Shown: positions 35,621 through 48,299 of the stretch, piece after piece
Layout: every line of letters begins with the position of its first letter
How positions within the stretch are numbered: the stretch's first letter is position 1
DNA from: Pristiophorus japonicus
Taxonomy: Eukaryota
Assembly (NCBI RefSeq): GCF_044704955.1
Contig: NC_091981.1
Coordinates: 78,430,001-78,494,000 of the forward strand
Direction: 5' to 3'
Length of the DNA stretch: 64,000 bases
Notes under the pieces: generated by a model
The model's database searches: none
Told to the model about the DNA's origin: nothing
Seen by the model: only the letters and a program-made list of their open reading frames with translations
Translations under genes and position numbers: made by a program

Positions 35621-35766
35621 ATTATGGTATGGGATAGGATCAGTGCTAAACAATTGACTTTATTCAGGCTCAACTGAGATAAGTGTGCATAGACTAACTC
35701 TCTAAAACACGAAGTGAATAACTGATCGAGCAGTAATATGTGTAAATCTTGATCTACAAATAATAC

Positions 35767-35891
35767 CTTGCATAAAAGTCCTCAAAGAGCCGTCTGACTG
35801 GGAATCCAGCTCGTCGTATTTTCACAGTTTCCAACATTCCTGAATATCTCAGCTGGTTTAACACCACTGTTTGATCGAACTGATCTGGCAT
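35767..35891 (-). CDS. MYO10: Myosin X coding exon, end of motor domain ([42 protein letters not shown])
   Basis: tttcag|ATG acceptor, AAG|gtatta donor; 125 nt, phase 0 to 2; contains the [21 protein letters not shown]1/SH2 motif. Confidence 0.95.
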
Positions 35892-36431
35892 CTGAAAGCA
35901 GAAAAAATGGGAACAGAGGATTAACATATTTGGCAGCAGGAATAGTGCAGTAATGCTAATAGCAACAGGAAACAATAATTGTCTGTCAATCTCCTGTTAT
36001 TTGAAGTATGCTAGCTACTAATGGATTTTTATTTCATGATGTTCATTAAAACTGCAAAACTTCCTGAGCCTGAGTGTGGAAAAGGCACTGTACACAGAGG
36101 AGTGGGTAACAATGTTACTGTGTCACCAAGTCATCATCATGCCATTACAATTTACTTTCAGTCATAATTTAATGCTTTATAAAGATATTAAAAACAAATT
36201 CAGATAAATAACCTTTGTATTGGCGCAGATATGAAAGTATACAAAAGCAGGATCCCTAAAATTTCCCAATGTGACATTAGCCCATTAAAATGCACACGTT
36301 ATTTGTGGTAGATTAAAGATCCTTCCAAAAAGATACACATAGCAGCTTTACAAATATGAATTAATATGCTTGAAAACACAAAGATGATTTATAATTACAT
36401 AAAGATCAAGAGGCTAACTAAAGAAAGAGTA

Positions 36432-39400
36432 ATAAGAACATAAGAATTAGGAACAGGAGTAGGCCATCTAGCCCCTCGAGCCTGCTCCGCCATTCAACAA
36501 GATCATGGCTGATCTGGCCGTGGACTCAGCTCCACTTACCCGCCTGCTCCCCATAACCCTTAATTCCCTTATTGGTTAAAAATCTATCTATCTGTGACTT
36601 GAATACATTCAATGAGCTAGCCTCAACTGCTTCCATGGGTAGAGAATTCCACAGATTCACAACCCTCTGGGAGAAGAAATTCTTTCTCAACTCAGTTTTA
36701 AATTGGCTCCCCCATATTTTGAGGCTGTGCCCCCTAGTTCTATTCACCCCGACCAGTGGAAACAACCCCTCTGCCTCTATCTTGTCGATCCCTTTCATTA
36801 TTTTAAATGTTTCTATAAGATCACCCCTCATCCTTCTGAACTCCAACGAGTAAAGACCCAGTCTACTCAATCTATCATCAGAAGGTAACCCCCTCATCTC
36901 CGGAATCAGCCGAGTGAATCGTCTCTGTACCCCCTCCAAAGCCAGTATATCCTTCCTTAAGTAAGGCGACCAAAACTGCACACAGTACTCCAGGTGCGGC
37001 CTCATCAGTACCCTATACAGCTGCAGAAGGACCTCCCTGCTTTTGTACTCCATCCCTCTCGCAATGAAGGCCAACGTTCCATTCGCCTTCCTGATTACCT
37101 GCTGCACCTGCAAACTAACTTTTTGGGATTCATGCACAAGGACCCCCAGGTCCCTCTGCACCGCAGCATGTTGTAATTTCTCCCCGTTCAAATAGTATTC
37201 TCTTTTTGTTTTTTTTCCCCCCAAGGTGGATGACCTCACACTTTCCGACATTGTATTCCATCTGCCAACCTTAGCCCATTCGCTTAACCGATCTAAATCT
37301 CTTTGCAGCCTCTCTGTGTCCTCTACACGACCCGCTTTCCCACTAATCTTTGTGTCATCTGCAAATTTTGTTGCACTACACTCTGTCCCCTCTTCCAGGT
37401 CATCTATGTATATTGTAAACAGTTGTGGTCCCAGCACCGATCCCTGTGGCACACCACTAACAACCGATTTCCAACCCGAAAAGTACCCATTTATCCCGAC
37501 TCTCTGCTTTCTGTTAGCCAGCCAATTCTCTATCCATGCTAATACATTTCCACCGACCCCTCATACCTTTATCTTCTGCAGTAACCTTTTGTGTGGCACC
37601 TTATTGAATGCCTTTTGAAAATCTAAATACACCACATCCATCGGTACACCTCTATCCACCATGCTCGTTATATCCTCAAAGAATTCCAGTAAATTAGTTA
37701 AACATGATTTCCCCTTCATGAATCCATGCTGCGTCTGCTTGATTGCACTATTCCCATCTAGATGTCCTGCTATTTCTTCATTAATGATAGTTTCAAACAT
37801 TTTCCCCACTACAGATGTTAAACTAACCGGCCTATAGTTACCTGCCTTTTGTCTGCCCCCTTTTTTAAAACAGAGGCGTTACATTAGCTGCTTTCCAATC
37901 CGCTGGTACCTCCCCAGAGTCCAGAGAATTTTGGTAGATTATAACGAATGCATGTGCTATAACTTCCGCCATCTCTTTTAATACCCTGGGATGCATTTCA
38001 TCAGGACCAGGGGAATTGTCTAACTTGAGTTCCATTAGCCTGTCCAGCACTACCCCCCTAGTGATAGTGATTGTCTCCAGGTCCTCCCTTCCCACATTCC
38101 TGTGACCAGCAATTCTGGCATGGTTTCTGTGTCTTCCACTGTGAAGACCGAAGCAAAATAATTGTTTAAGGTCTCAGCCATTTCCACATTTCCCATTATT
38201 AAATCCCCCTTCTCATCTTCTAAGGGACCAACATTTACTTTAGTCACTCTTTTCCATTTTATATATCTGTAAAAGCTTTTACTATCCGTTTTTATGTTTT
38301 GCGCAAGTTTACCTTCATAATCTATCTTTCCTTTCTTTATTGCTTTCTTAGTCATTCTTTGCTGTCGTTTAAAATTTTCCCAATCTTCTATTTTCCCACT
38401 AACCTTGGCCACCTTATACGCATTGGCTTTTAATTTGATACTCTCCTTAATTTCCCTGGTTATCCACGACTGGTTATCCCTTCTCTTACTGCCCTTCTTT
38501 TTCATTGGAATATATTTTTGTTGAGCACTATGAAAGAGCTCCTTAAAAGTCCTCCACTGTTCCTCAATTGTGCCACCGTTTAGTCTGTGTTTCCATTCTA
38601 CTTTAGCCAACTCTGCCCTCATCCCACTGTAGTCCCCTTTGTTTAAGAATAGTATGCTCGTTTGAGACACTACTACCTCACCCTCAATCTGTATTACAAA
38701 TTCAACCATACTGTGATCACTCATTCCGAGAGGATCTTTTACTAGGAGATCGTTTATTATTCCTGTCTCATTACACAGGACCAGATCTAAGATAGCTTGC
38801 TGCCTTGTAGGTTCTGTAACATACTGTTCTAAGAAACAATCCCGTATGCATTCTATGAATTCCTCCTCCAGGCTACCCCGTGCGATTTGATTTGACTAAT
38901 CGATATGTAGGTTAAAATCCCCCATGATTACTGCCGTTCCTTTTTGACATGCCTCCATTATTCCCTTGATTATTGCCCGCCCCACCGTGAAGTTATTATT
39001 TGGGGGCCTATAAACTACGCCCACCAGTGACTTTTTCCCCTTACTATCTCTAATCTCCACCCACAATGATTCAACATTTTGTTCATTCGAGCCAATATCG
39101 TCTCTCACAACTGCCCTGATATCATCCTTTATTAACAGAGCTACCCCACCTCCTTTCCCTTCTTGTCTATCTTTCTGAATTGTCAGATACCCTTGTATGT
39201 TTAATTCCCAGTTTTGGCCACCCTGCAACCATGTTTCTGTAATGGCCACCAAATCATACCCATTTGTAATGATTTGTGCCGTCAACTCATTTACTTTATT
39301 TCGAATGCTGTGTGCGTTTAGGTAGAGTGTTTTAATACTAGTTTTTAATCCATGATTTTTAGTTTTGACCCCTCCTGCAGCCCCTATACATTCAGTGGCC

Positions 39401-40206
39401 CTTTTTGTTTTTTGCCTTGGGTTTCTCTGCCCTCCACTTTTACTTATCTCCTTTCTGACTTTTGCTTGTGTCTCCTTTTTGTTTCCCTGCATTGGTTCCC
39501 ACCCTCCTGCCACATTAGTTTAACTCCTCCCCAACAGCAAACACTCCCCCTAGGACATTGGTTCCGGTCCTGCCCAGGTGCAGACCGTCCGGTTTGTACT
39601 GGTCCCACCTCCGCCAGAACCGATTCCAATGTCCCAGGAATTTGAATCCCTCCCTGCTGCACCACTGCTCAAGCCACGTATTCATCTGAGCTATCCTGCG
39701 ATTCCTACTCTGACTAGAACGTGGCACTGGTAGCAATCCTGAGATTATTACTTTTGAGGTCCTACGTTTTAATTTAGCTCCTATCTCCTTAAATTCATCT
39801 CGTAGGACCTCATCCCTTTTTTTTAACCTATATCGTGGTACCAATGTGCACCACGACAACTGGCTGTTCACCCTCCCTTTTCAGAATGTCCTGCACCCGC
39901 TCCGAGACATCCTTGACCCTTGCACCAGAGAGGCAACATACCATCCTGGAGTCTCGGTTGCGGCCGCAGAAACGCCTATCTATTCCCCTTACAATCGAAT
40001 CCCCTGTCATTATCGCTCTCCCACTCTTTTTCCTGCCCTCCTGTGCAGCAGAGCCAGCCACGGTGCCATGAACTTGGCTGCTGCTGCCCTCCCCTGATGA
40101 GTCATCCCCCTCAACAGTACTCAACGTGGTCTGTCAGGAGCTGGAGGCGGATACACTTCCCGCACACGTAGTCGTCAGGGACACTGGAGGCGTCCCTGAG
40201 TTCCCA
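36432..40206 (-). mobile_element. Near full-length CR1 LINE: ORF1 (Zn-finger remnant and SGNH esterase) and ORF2 (APE endonuclease and RT), several stops
   Basis: GDSIVRG, VVHIGT, DGLHL esterase motifs; LYLNAHSI, AITETW, MGDFN, SDH endonuclease motifs; QGSVLGP and FADD RT motifs; 3' UTR and tail. Confidence 0.95.
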
Positions 40207-41405
40207 ATCGGCTAGTAGAGCCTGTTAGAGACCAAAAAGGTAACCTGTGTGCGGAGGCAGAAGATATGGGTATGGTTCTTAAATGAATACTTTGTTGCTA
40301 TCTTCACAAGAGAGTTGGATGATGCAGACATTGTAGTTAATGAGCAGGAGTGTGAAATATTAGATGATATAAACATGGCGAGACAGAAAATATTAAATGA
40401 TTTAGCATCTTTGAAAGTAGATAAATTGCCAGGTCTGGATGAAATGTATGCCAGGCTGGTATGAGAAGCAAAGGAGGAAACAGCGGAGGCTCTAACCATT
40501 ATCTTCCAATTCTTTCTGACTACAGGTGTGGTGCAGGAGGACTGGAGGATTGCTAACGTTGCATGTTGTTTAGAAAGGGATAGACCCGAGTAATTACAGG
40601 CCAGTCAGCCTAACCTCGGTGGTGGGAAAATTATTGGAAAAATTTCTGAACAACAGGATAAATCTTCATTTAGAAAGACATGGATTAATTAAGGACAGTC
40701 AACGTGGATTTGTTAAGGGAAGGTCATGCCTGACTAACTTGATTGAATTCTTTGAGGAGGTAACAAGGAGGGTCGACGAGGGTAGCGCGGTTGACGTGGT
40801 CTACATGGATTTTAGCAAGGCTTTTGACAAGGTCCCACATGGCAGACTGGTCAGAAAAGTAAAAGCCCATGGGATCCAAAGGAAAGTGGCAAGTTGGATC
40901 CAAAATTGGCTCAGTGGCAGGAAGCAAAGGATCATGGTCGACACGTGTTTTTGTGACTGGAAGGCTGTTTCAAGTGGTGCTCTGCAGTGCTCAGTACTAG
41001 GTCCCTTACTTATTGTGGTTTGTGTCAATGATTTAGACATTTGCAAATGATACAAAAATTGGCTGTGTGGCTGATAGCTGTAGACTACAGGAAGATATCA
41101 ATGGACTGGTTAAGCGGCAGGAAAATGTCAAATGGGATTTAATCTGGAGAATTGTAGGCTAATGCATTTGGAAAGGTCTAAAAAGGCAAGGGACTACACA
41201 ATGTATGGTGGGATACGGAGATGTGTAGAGGAACAGAAGTACCTTGGAGTGCATGTCCACAGATCCCTGAAGGTAGCAGAACAGGCAGATCATGTGTTTA
41301 AGGCGGCCAACGGGATACTTTCCTTTACTAGCTGAGGCATAGAATACAAGAGCAGGGAGGTTATGCTTGAACTGTATAAAACATTACTTAGGTTCAGCTA
41401 GAGTA
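40207..41405 (+). mobile_element. CR1 ORF2 fragment, different subfamily
   Basis: SQRGFVKGRSCLTNLIEFFEEV, YMDFSKAFDKVPHGRL. Confidence 0.88.
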
Positions 41406-42039
41406 GTGAGAATATAAGTTGTGAGGAGGATGCAAAGAGGCTGCAACAGGCTAAGTGAGTGGGCAAGAATGTGGCAAATGGAATATAATGAGAAAAAATG
41501 TGAAGTTATCCACTTTGGTAGGAAAAATACAAAAGCTGAGAGATTGGGAAATGTTCGTGTTCTGAGGTACCTGGGTGTCCTTGTACATGAATCACAAAGT
41601 TAACAAGCAATTAATAAAGCAAATGGTATGTTGGCCTTTATTACAAGAGGATGAGAGTGTGAGTAAAGATGTCTTATTGCAATTATATAGGGCCCTGGTG
41701 AGACTAAATTTAGGGCTAGGTTTTCAGCTTTTTAGGATTTCGCCCGTCTCTGGGCGCAAATCGCGGCGAAATCAAAATTTTAGCCGGGTTAGCGTTAGCA
41801 CCAGAGCGCTCAACTTTCGCCAAATGAAAGTTCACAATGGGCGTTAGCGCCAACTTCGGCATTGCACGACAAAATGTGCGTGCCGGAGCCAAAAGTTCCG
41901 ACCACTAAAAAAAAAATTGATCGTTCTGTGCATGCGCAAAGTGTGCTGTCCAATCACAAACTCTAATGCAGGGCATGGCCATGCACATGCGCAGTACATT
42001 CAGAGCTGAACCAGCCATTTTATTATTCAATTTTGATGA

Positions 42040-43380
42040 TGGAGGAGCAGGCAACGTGTGAGACGATTTACACAGGAGGCTAACGAAGCTCTTGTGAGGG
42101 GCTGTGAAGAGGAGATGGTAGGAACTACACAGGAGGCATGGATCTAGACCCCTACCAGCAATTTTTAACAGAATCTGGAGGGAGATAGTTGAGGAGGTCT
42201 CTGCCTCCGACACTGTGATAAGGACTGCCACACAGTGCCAGAAAAAGTTCAATGATTTTGAGAGGGTCGATAGAGGGAGTACAATTTTTATTCATGCACT
42301 CCTTTATTACTTAAATTATAAATCTGACACACCATTTGCTCTCATGCTGTTGCTGTCTCTGAGCACTCTGGGTTGCCTCCTAAAATGCATGACGTATAGG
42401 GTGCCACACTAAGCCTACCTATTTGCCATGAATGATCTTTACACATTATTAAGATTGCTTTCTGAGATCTCATAAAATGTTTCTGCACTTTGATGTCCTC
42501 CTGATGAACCACGTGCAACTTCGAAGGCCATTAAATAGAGGACAGACATTCAGATAGTATGGTATAAGTGCTTTGGTGGCTGTGTGTGCCACAAGGGCAG
42601 ATGGAATGTCTGGTAATCATTCCCATTTTAATCTTTGCAGGCAAAGAAGTCCCACAACCGCCGCGGACAGGTGGGTTCCACCTCTCACCCTACCACTTAC
42701 AGACCTGGAGGATCGAGTGGCAGGCCTCATCAGCATCTCAGGTCGGGCAACTGTCAGTGGTGGCGCTGACCCCCACTTGCATCCTGAAAGTAAGTCCTGC
42801 ACACTCCCTGGGCTGGGTTGGGCAATGTTTCTGGACTAGATAGAATGGAGTAGCGGCAGTCCTTTAAATGAGCCTGTGCTGTGTGACCTTCCTCATGTCA
42901 CCCTGCCCCCTCCCCTGCTGCTAACCACTCGTCTGTTGCTTCCGATGACCAGTCACAGGGATCGAATCCCTGGGATCAACCCTCCACGTCAGCCCATCAT
43001 GTGGAGGAGGAGGAGGAATTTGAGGAAGAGGAGTTGACAGAGCAGCCGACTCCAGGACCGGGGCGGGGGGTGGGGGTGGGTGCAGTGGACAGATGTAGTC
43101 TACACCGCTTTTACCACTGGTCTGAGGATGATGTTACATTTCCAGGCTTTGAGATCTCTGAGGCTTCTGGGTCTAGTAACGTGCAATAATGCAGTTCTGG
43201 GGTCAAATCCCATATGCCATCTCTCCGGAGGGTGAGTTGGCAAAGACGGTCTGCTGACAGACAGGCAGACGTGGAACTGGACATGGTGGGACTGTCACCA
43301 GTCAGCTCCTTGATGTCTTGGGTAGGATTCCCGCGACCATCGAGAATCTCACTGCAACCGTAACGGAGATAGGTTCACTT
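42040..43380 (+). pseudogene. Harbinger Myb/SANT-like gene of H2, spliced and disrupted
   Basis: RQRVRRFTQEANEALV..IWREIVEEVSA..RTATQCQKKFNDF; acceptor ttgcag| at 42640, donor gtaagt at approx. 42790; acidic EEEEEFEEEE tract. Confidence 0.72.
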
Positions 43381-44900
43381 TCAAACAAAGCGTTCAATTA
43401 TGAGTGGCTGACATAAGGCTTTTGTAGCGGCAAAATTTCCATGATGCCTCCTCTGTGGGTGTGGTAGTATGGGTTCCTCGCCAGGCTCCTCTTTCTCACC
43501 ATCCTCCTCCTCCCCTTTCTCCTGAGGTGGTCCTGCAATTCCCATTGGCAAATCCGGTCCCCTCATGATGGCTAAGTTGTGTAGCATGCAGCACACCACA
43601 ATGAACTCAGAGACCTGCTGAGGGGAGTATTGCAAGCTGCCTCCAGAGTGATCCAGGCATCAAAATGCTGCTCGAGTACTCCAATTGTCTGTTCGACGAT
43701 GTTGCATGTGGTTGCTTGGCTCTCATTATAGCGATGCTTGGCTTCTGTCTGAAGGTTCTGGAGGGGGGTCATGAGCCAGGTGGCGAGGCCGTAAAATTGT
43801 CCCCCAGCATCCAGCTCTGGCCTTGAGATTGATGCCGGAACAGGCCTGAGACAGTGCTCTCACGCAAGATGAAAGCATCATGGATGCTCCCTGGATATTG
43901 GCCATTGACTGCCATGATGCATTGAGTATGGTCACAGACAATCTGTACGTTCATGGAGTGGAATCCCTTTCGGCTTCAGTAAACCTCTGGATTCTGTAAA
44001 GGAGCTCGCAGGGTGATGTGCATAGAGTCAAGGGCACCCTGAATCTTGGGGAAGCCAGCAAATCTTCCAAAACCTACAGCCCTCTCATTCTGTGCCTCCT
44101 TGGTCATTGGGAAGTTTATAAAGTCCATCCTGCATGTGTACAGTGCAGTCATCATCATAGTGAGGATGACTTGCTTCCATGCCAAAAAGGAATGAGTTCA
44201 CAGGTGTTTCAATGAAGGACCTAATATTCCAGATCCCGAACTACATCTTGGAGGATGCCGGTGCTTGGATTTTTTTAACGTATGGTGGCCATTGCACACC
44301 AGCCACCACACGGCTTGACAGAGCTAGGTCTTGGTCCAGTGGCAAGGATTAACCAAGACGACTGGAGACCAGCTCTGCTGCACGGACCGAACACGCACAC
44401 ATATCACAGTTTGGGCTGGCCCATGCTGCCCCTGAGCCCTTGCCTCTTCTGGGCCCCAGACTCGCACCTCTCCTGGGCCCCGATCACATCCCTGCAGTGC
44501 AGTGCGGTGAATGCAGCAATGTGTAGTGCGCTGCAAGATGGAGCATATGTCCCCCGCTGATGCCTGAAAGGAGCTGGAGGCATAGAAGGCAAGTGCAGCA
44601 GACACCTTAACCTCAATGGGCAGTGCAGTCCTGGTGTCGTTGGTAGGCTGCAGGTCTGTCTGTACGAGCTGGCATATCTCTTTCAGCACTTCTTTTCGGA
44701 GGCACAGCCTTCTAACACACTGTGCCTCAGAGAGATGCAAGTATGTGCGATGTTCCCTGTAAGGTCATTGGGGGCAAGTCCTCCTCCCCATACATCTGCG
44801 ATCTCTTTGATTACGTTAATAATGATCAATAAGCTTTCTTGCAGCTCGATGCCGTATAAATATAGCAGCCAGAAATAATGGCTGACACAGTATAGTCCCC
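43381..44900 (-). pseudogene. Harbinger DDE transposase (HARBI1-like) of H2
   Basis: KVSAALAFYASSSFQ, FPKIQGALD, FHSMNVQIVCD, YPGSIHDAFIL, IVEQTIGVL, VCCMLHNLA; frameshifted. Confidence 0.92.
44150..44494 (-). mobile_element. Non-autonomous RTE-tailed retroelement inside the H2 transposase
   Basis: ggaagcaagtcatcctc..(atg)n 3' end shared with the RTE at 16792; TSD cagtgcagt at 44141-44149 and 44495-44503. Confidence 0.8.
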
Positions 44901-45311
44901 ATCTTTTAAAATGTCCTTAAATATCCTTTAAAACAAACAATAAAGCGTTCTTCTTCCAATACTTTTAATCAATCAGAACTCCGACTTTCTCCATTGTTTC
45001 TCAAGATGGCGTCGTTAGCGCCTGGTGCACCTGGGGTGTGACTGCTTTTTGCTGGTGATATGGCCGAAAATTCCGCCCGGGGCGCTAGTGCAGCGCTGTA
45101 CAATGCTTTATGTCATCCAAACAGTGAAAACAGCGGGCGGGCGCAAAATTTTAGCAGCATCACAAAACCATTGTCGAACGTTCCGCCCGGGCTCAAAATC
45201 TTGTGTGCCTCGTTTTGCGCCAAAAAAAATGTTTTTTGTGCCCTACCCAGGCGTTAAACGGTGGGCAAATTAGCCAAAACTCCAGCCCTTGGAGTATTGT
45301 GTACAGTTTTG

Positions 45312-45685
45312 GGGTCCAAAATTGCCCACCGCCGGAAGTGCAGCACACCTACCCTGTTTCAGATGTTTTTACCAGCGCAGTTGATGCGGTGGCCTCTTCA
45401 GCGAAATTCTACTCTTTGTTTTTTTTTCCAGCGGCCCAGAAGTCGGTCATAATGGGGGCAGAAGTGCAATGGTGAGCAGAAGTTCACACCCGAGAGGGGC
45501 GGAAGTTGGGGGCGGGTGGACTGTCCTCCGCTGTCACTCATCAGCGTAGCGCTGATGACGTAATTGTACTAGCGCGTCACCATGTCTCTCCCCTTCACTT
45601 AAAGGATATAGCTGCTGCCATTATTTAAGTTATGTCCACTGGGCCGACAGTACCAGGCCTTAAGGGAAGGGGCAATTTTGGCCCC
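45312..45685. mobile_element. Harbinger-type MITE
   Basis: TIRs gggtccaaaattgccc / gggcaattttggcccc; TTG TSD on both sides. Confidence 0.85.
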
Positions 45686-46249
45686 TTGGTCTCTTTACCC
45701 AAGGAAGGATATACTTTCCATAGAGGGAGTGCAACAAAGGTTCACTAGACTGATTCCTGGGATGGGGGGAGGAGGTGATTTGGGGGTGGGGGAGGGAAAT
45801 TGTCCTATGAGGAGAGATTGAGTATATTAGGCCTAAATTCTCTGGAGTTTAGAAGAATGAGAGGCGATCTCATTGAAACATACTAAATTCTTAGAGCTTG
45901 ACAGCATAGATGCAGGGAAGATGCTTCACCTAGCTGGGGAGTCTAGAACCAGGGGATCACAGTCTCAGAATAAGGGGTTGCCATTTAGGATTGAGATGAG
46001 GAGAAATGTCTTCACTCAGAGGATGGTGAATCTTTGGAATTGTCTACCCCAGAGGGCTGTGGAAGCTCAGTTGTTGAGCATATTCAAGACAGAGATTGAT
46101 GGATTTTTGGATATTGAAGGAATCAAGGGATTAGGGGATAGAGCAGGCAAGTGGAGTTGAGGTAGAAGATCAGCCATGATCTCACTGAATGGCAGAGCAG
46201 CCTCGAGTGGCCAAATGGATGATTCCTGCTCCTATTTCTTCTGTTCTAA

Positions 46250-46690
46250 TGAAAGATTTGGTAAGCTGAGGTTGTTTTCTTTGGAACAGAGGAGGCTGAG
46301 GGGAGATTTACTTGAGATGTGTAAAATTAGGAGCGGCCTAGATAGAATGGATAGGAAGGACCTACTTCCCTTAGCAGAGAGGTCAATAACCAGGGGGTAT
46401 AGATTTAAAGTAATTGATAGAAGGATTAGAGGGGCATTGAGGAGAATTTTTTTTACCCAGAGGTTGGTGGGGGTCTGAAACTCACTGCCTGAAAGGGTGG
46501 TAGAGGCAGAAACCCTCATCACATTTAAAAAGTGCTTGGATATGCACTTAAAGTGCCGTAATCTACACGGCTACAGACCAAGAGCTACAAAGTGAGATTT
46601 GGCTGGATAGCTCTTTTTTGGCCGACACAGACATGATGGGCCAAATGGCCTCTTGTACCGTAAACTTGTTCTATGATTCTTCTTCTATGA
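46250..46690 (+). mobile_element. CR1-type 3' fragment
   Basis: LRLFSLEQRRLRGDL...FFTQRLVGV; 3' UTR and ttctatg tail. Confidence 0.85.
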
Positions 46691-47477
46691 AAAGGTGCAA
46701 ATAAAAACTAAGAGCTTGTTCCCAGTGGGAAAGAGAAACTGAGCACCATTCACCCAGTAATAGCTTTTAAACATGAAAGTGTTAATAATAATAAACAACT
46801 GAAAGGTTTTTTTCTCTACACTGCTTCACAGTCATTTATCCATCATCCTTCCTTCATTATTCATTGACCTATGCAATCAATCAGGCAAACAAAGGACTTG
46901 AACCTGCTTATAGCAGGTGACTGACCCGGGAAAATATACCTTTGTCCAATGCTTTGCTGCTTTCCTGAGAGAAAAAAAATGTCATTTCTCTGTCAATAGA
47001 TGTGCAATTGCTGCTTACTTGGAAAGAGAAGTTTAGCAGCACAATGAGAGCTCATGTAGTTCAACAACATCTTGCACACAAAATATAATAAACTATAAAT
47101 AACTAATTTTGCACACGAATCAGTGATTTTAATTTTCTTAACTCTTTATCCAACTTGGGTAACAACACATTCAGATTGATAATATGGCTGTTCCTCTGCA
47201 TTTTCCCTCCACATTTTTTTTTTTGGGAGTACAGCAAAAGTGAATCCTCTGACCTAGATCGGTTATCTGCTGGCACACAAAGCCAGGAATGTGAAAACAC
47301 ATTAATGGGCACCTGAACATACTTTTGTCATTCAGCAACTGGGGGTAGCATTATGCTCGATTCTTGATTTAGTCAGTTATTTAACACAATAGTAAAATCT
47401 GAACTCAATCTTAAAATGAAACACAGAGAGTCTCCTAACATACTGCAACCCACAGGGCACTGTCCACCTTAAATGCA

Positions 47478-47992
47478 TACATAAGCATATAAGAAATAGG
47501 GGCAGTAGGCGGCCATTTGGCCCCTCGAGCCTGCTCCGCCATTCAATAAGATCATGGCTGACCTGATCATGGACTCAGCTCCACTTCCCTGCCTGCTCCC
47601 CATAACCCTCTACTCCTTTATCTCTCAAAAATCTGTCTATATCTGCCTTAAATATAGTCAATGACCCAGCCTCCACAGCTCTCTGGGGCAGAGAATTCCA
47701 TAGAGTTACAACCCTCTGAAAGAAGAAATTTCTCCTCATCTCAGTTTTAAATGAGCGGCCCCTTATTCTAAGACTATGTCCCCTAGTTTTAGTTTCCTCT
47801 ATGAATGGAAATATCCTCTCTACATCCACCTTGTCGAGCCCCCGCATTATCTTTTAAGTTTCAATAAGATCATCTCTTATTCTTCTGAACTCCAATGTGT
47901 ACAGACCCAACTTACTCAAACCCCTCATCTCTGGAAACAACCGAGTGAACTTTCTCTAAACAGCCTCCAATGCAAGTATATCCTTCCTTAAA
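47478..47992 (-). mobile_element. CR1 3' fragment
   Basis: TRGHSLRI..RRNFFFQRVVTLWNSLP; 3' UTR and tail. Confidence 0.9.
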
Positions 47993-48297
47993 TCATCATA
48001 GGCAGTCCCTCGAATGAGGATGACTTGCTTCCACATGAGTTCACAGATGTTTCAATGAATGACCTGGTGTTCCAGTCCTGAACTCCAATTGAAAGGGTGG
48101 AAGATGCTTGTGCGTGGATTTTTTTAATGTGTAGTGACCATTGCACATCAGCCACCACACGGTCTTGACAGAGCTAGCTGTTGGTCCAGTAGCAGGACGA
48201 CTGGAGACCTGCTCTGCTACATGGACCTAGCGCGCACACACATGCAGTGTGGGCTGGCCCGTGCTCCCCCCGGGCCCTCGGCTCTTCTGGACCCTCT
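47993..48297 (-). mobile_element. Second copy of the RTE-tailed non-autonomous element
   Basis: Collinear with 44150-44460; complete gagggactgcctatgatga tail. Confidence 0.78.
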
Positions 48298-48299
48298 AC

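Larger units (their letters stand above)
41713..45288. mobile_element. Decayed Harbinger transposon H2 with both ends
   Basis: Imperfect TIRs gggctaggttttc / aaaactccagccc; flanks tta/ttg; Myb/SANT gene on +, transposase on -. Confidence 0.88.
41410..46250 (+). mobile_element. CR1 3' portion split by Harbinger H2 and a MITE
   Basis: YRALVR|LEYCVQF|WS read-through across 41712/45289 and 45311/45686. Confidence 0.82.

Noticed and set aside
36526-37452. Active reverse transcriptase gene (also 51736-52662)
   Set aside because: Open stretches within CR1 ORF2s that are broken by stops, frameshifts or 5' truncation
43381-44900. Domesticated HARBI1 gene
   Set aside because: Frameshifted, interrupted by a retroelement and flanked by TIRs; a decayed transposon copy
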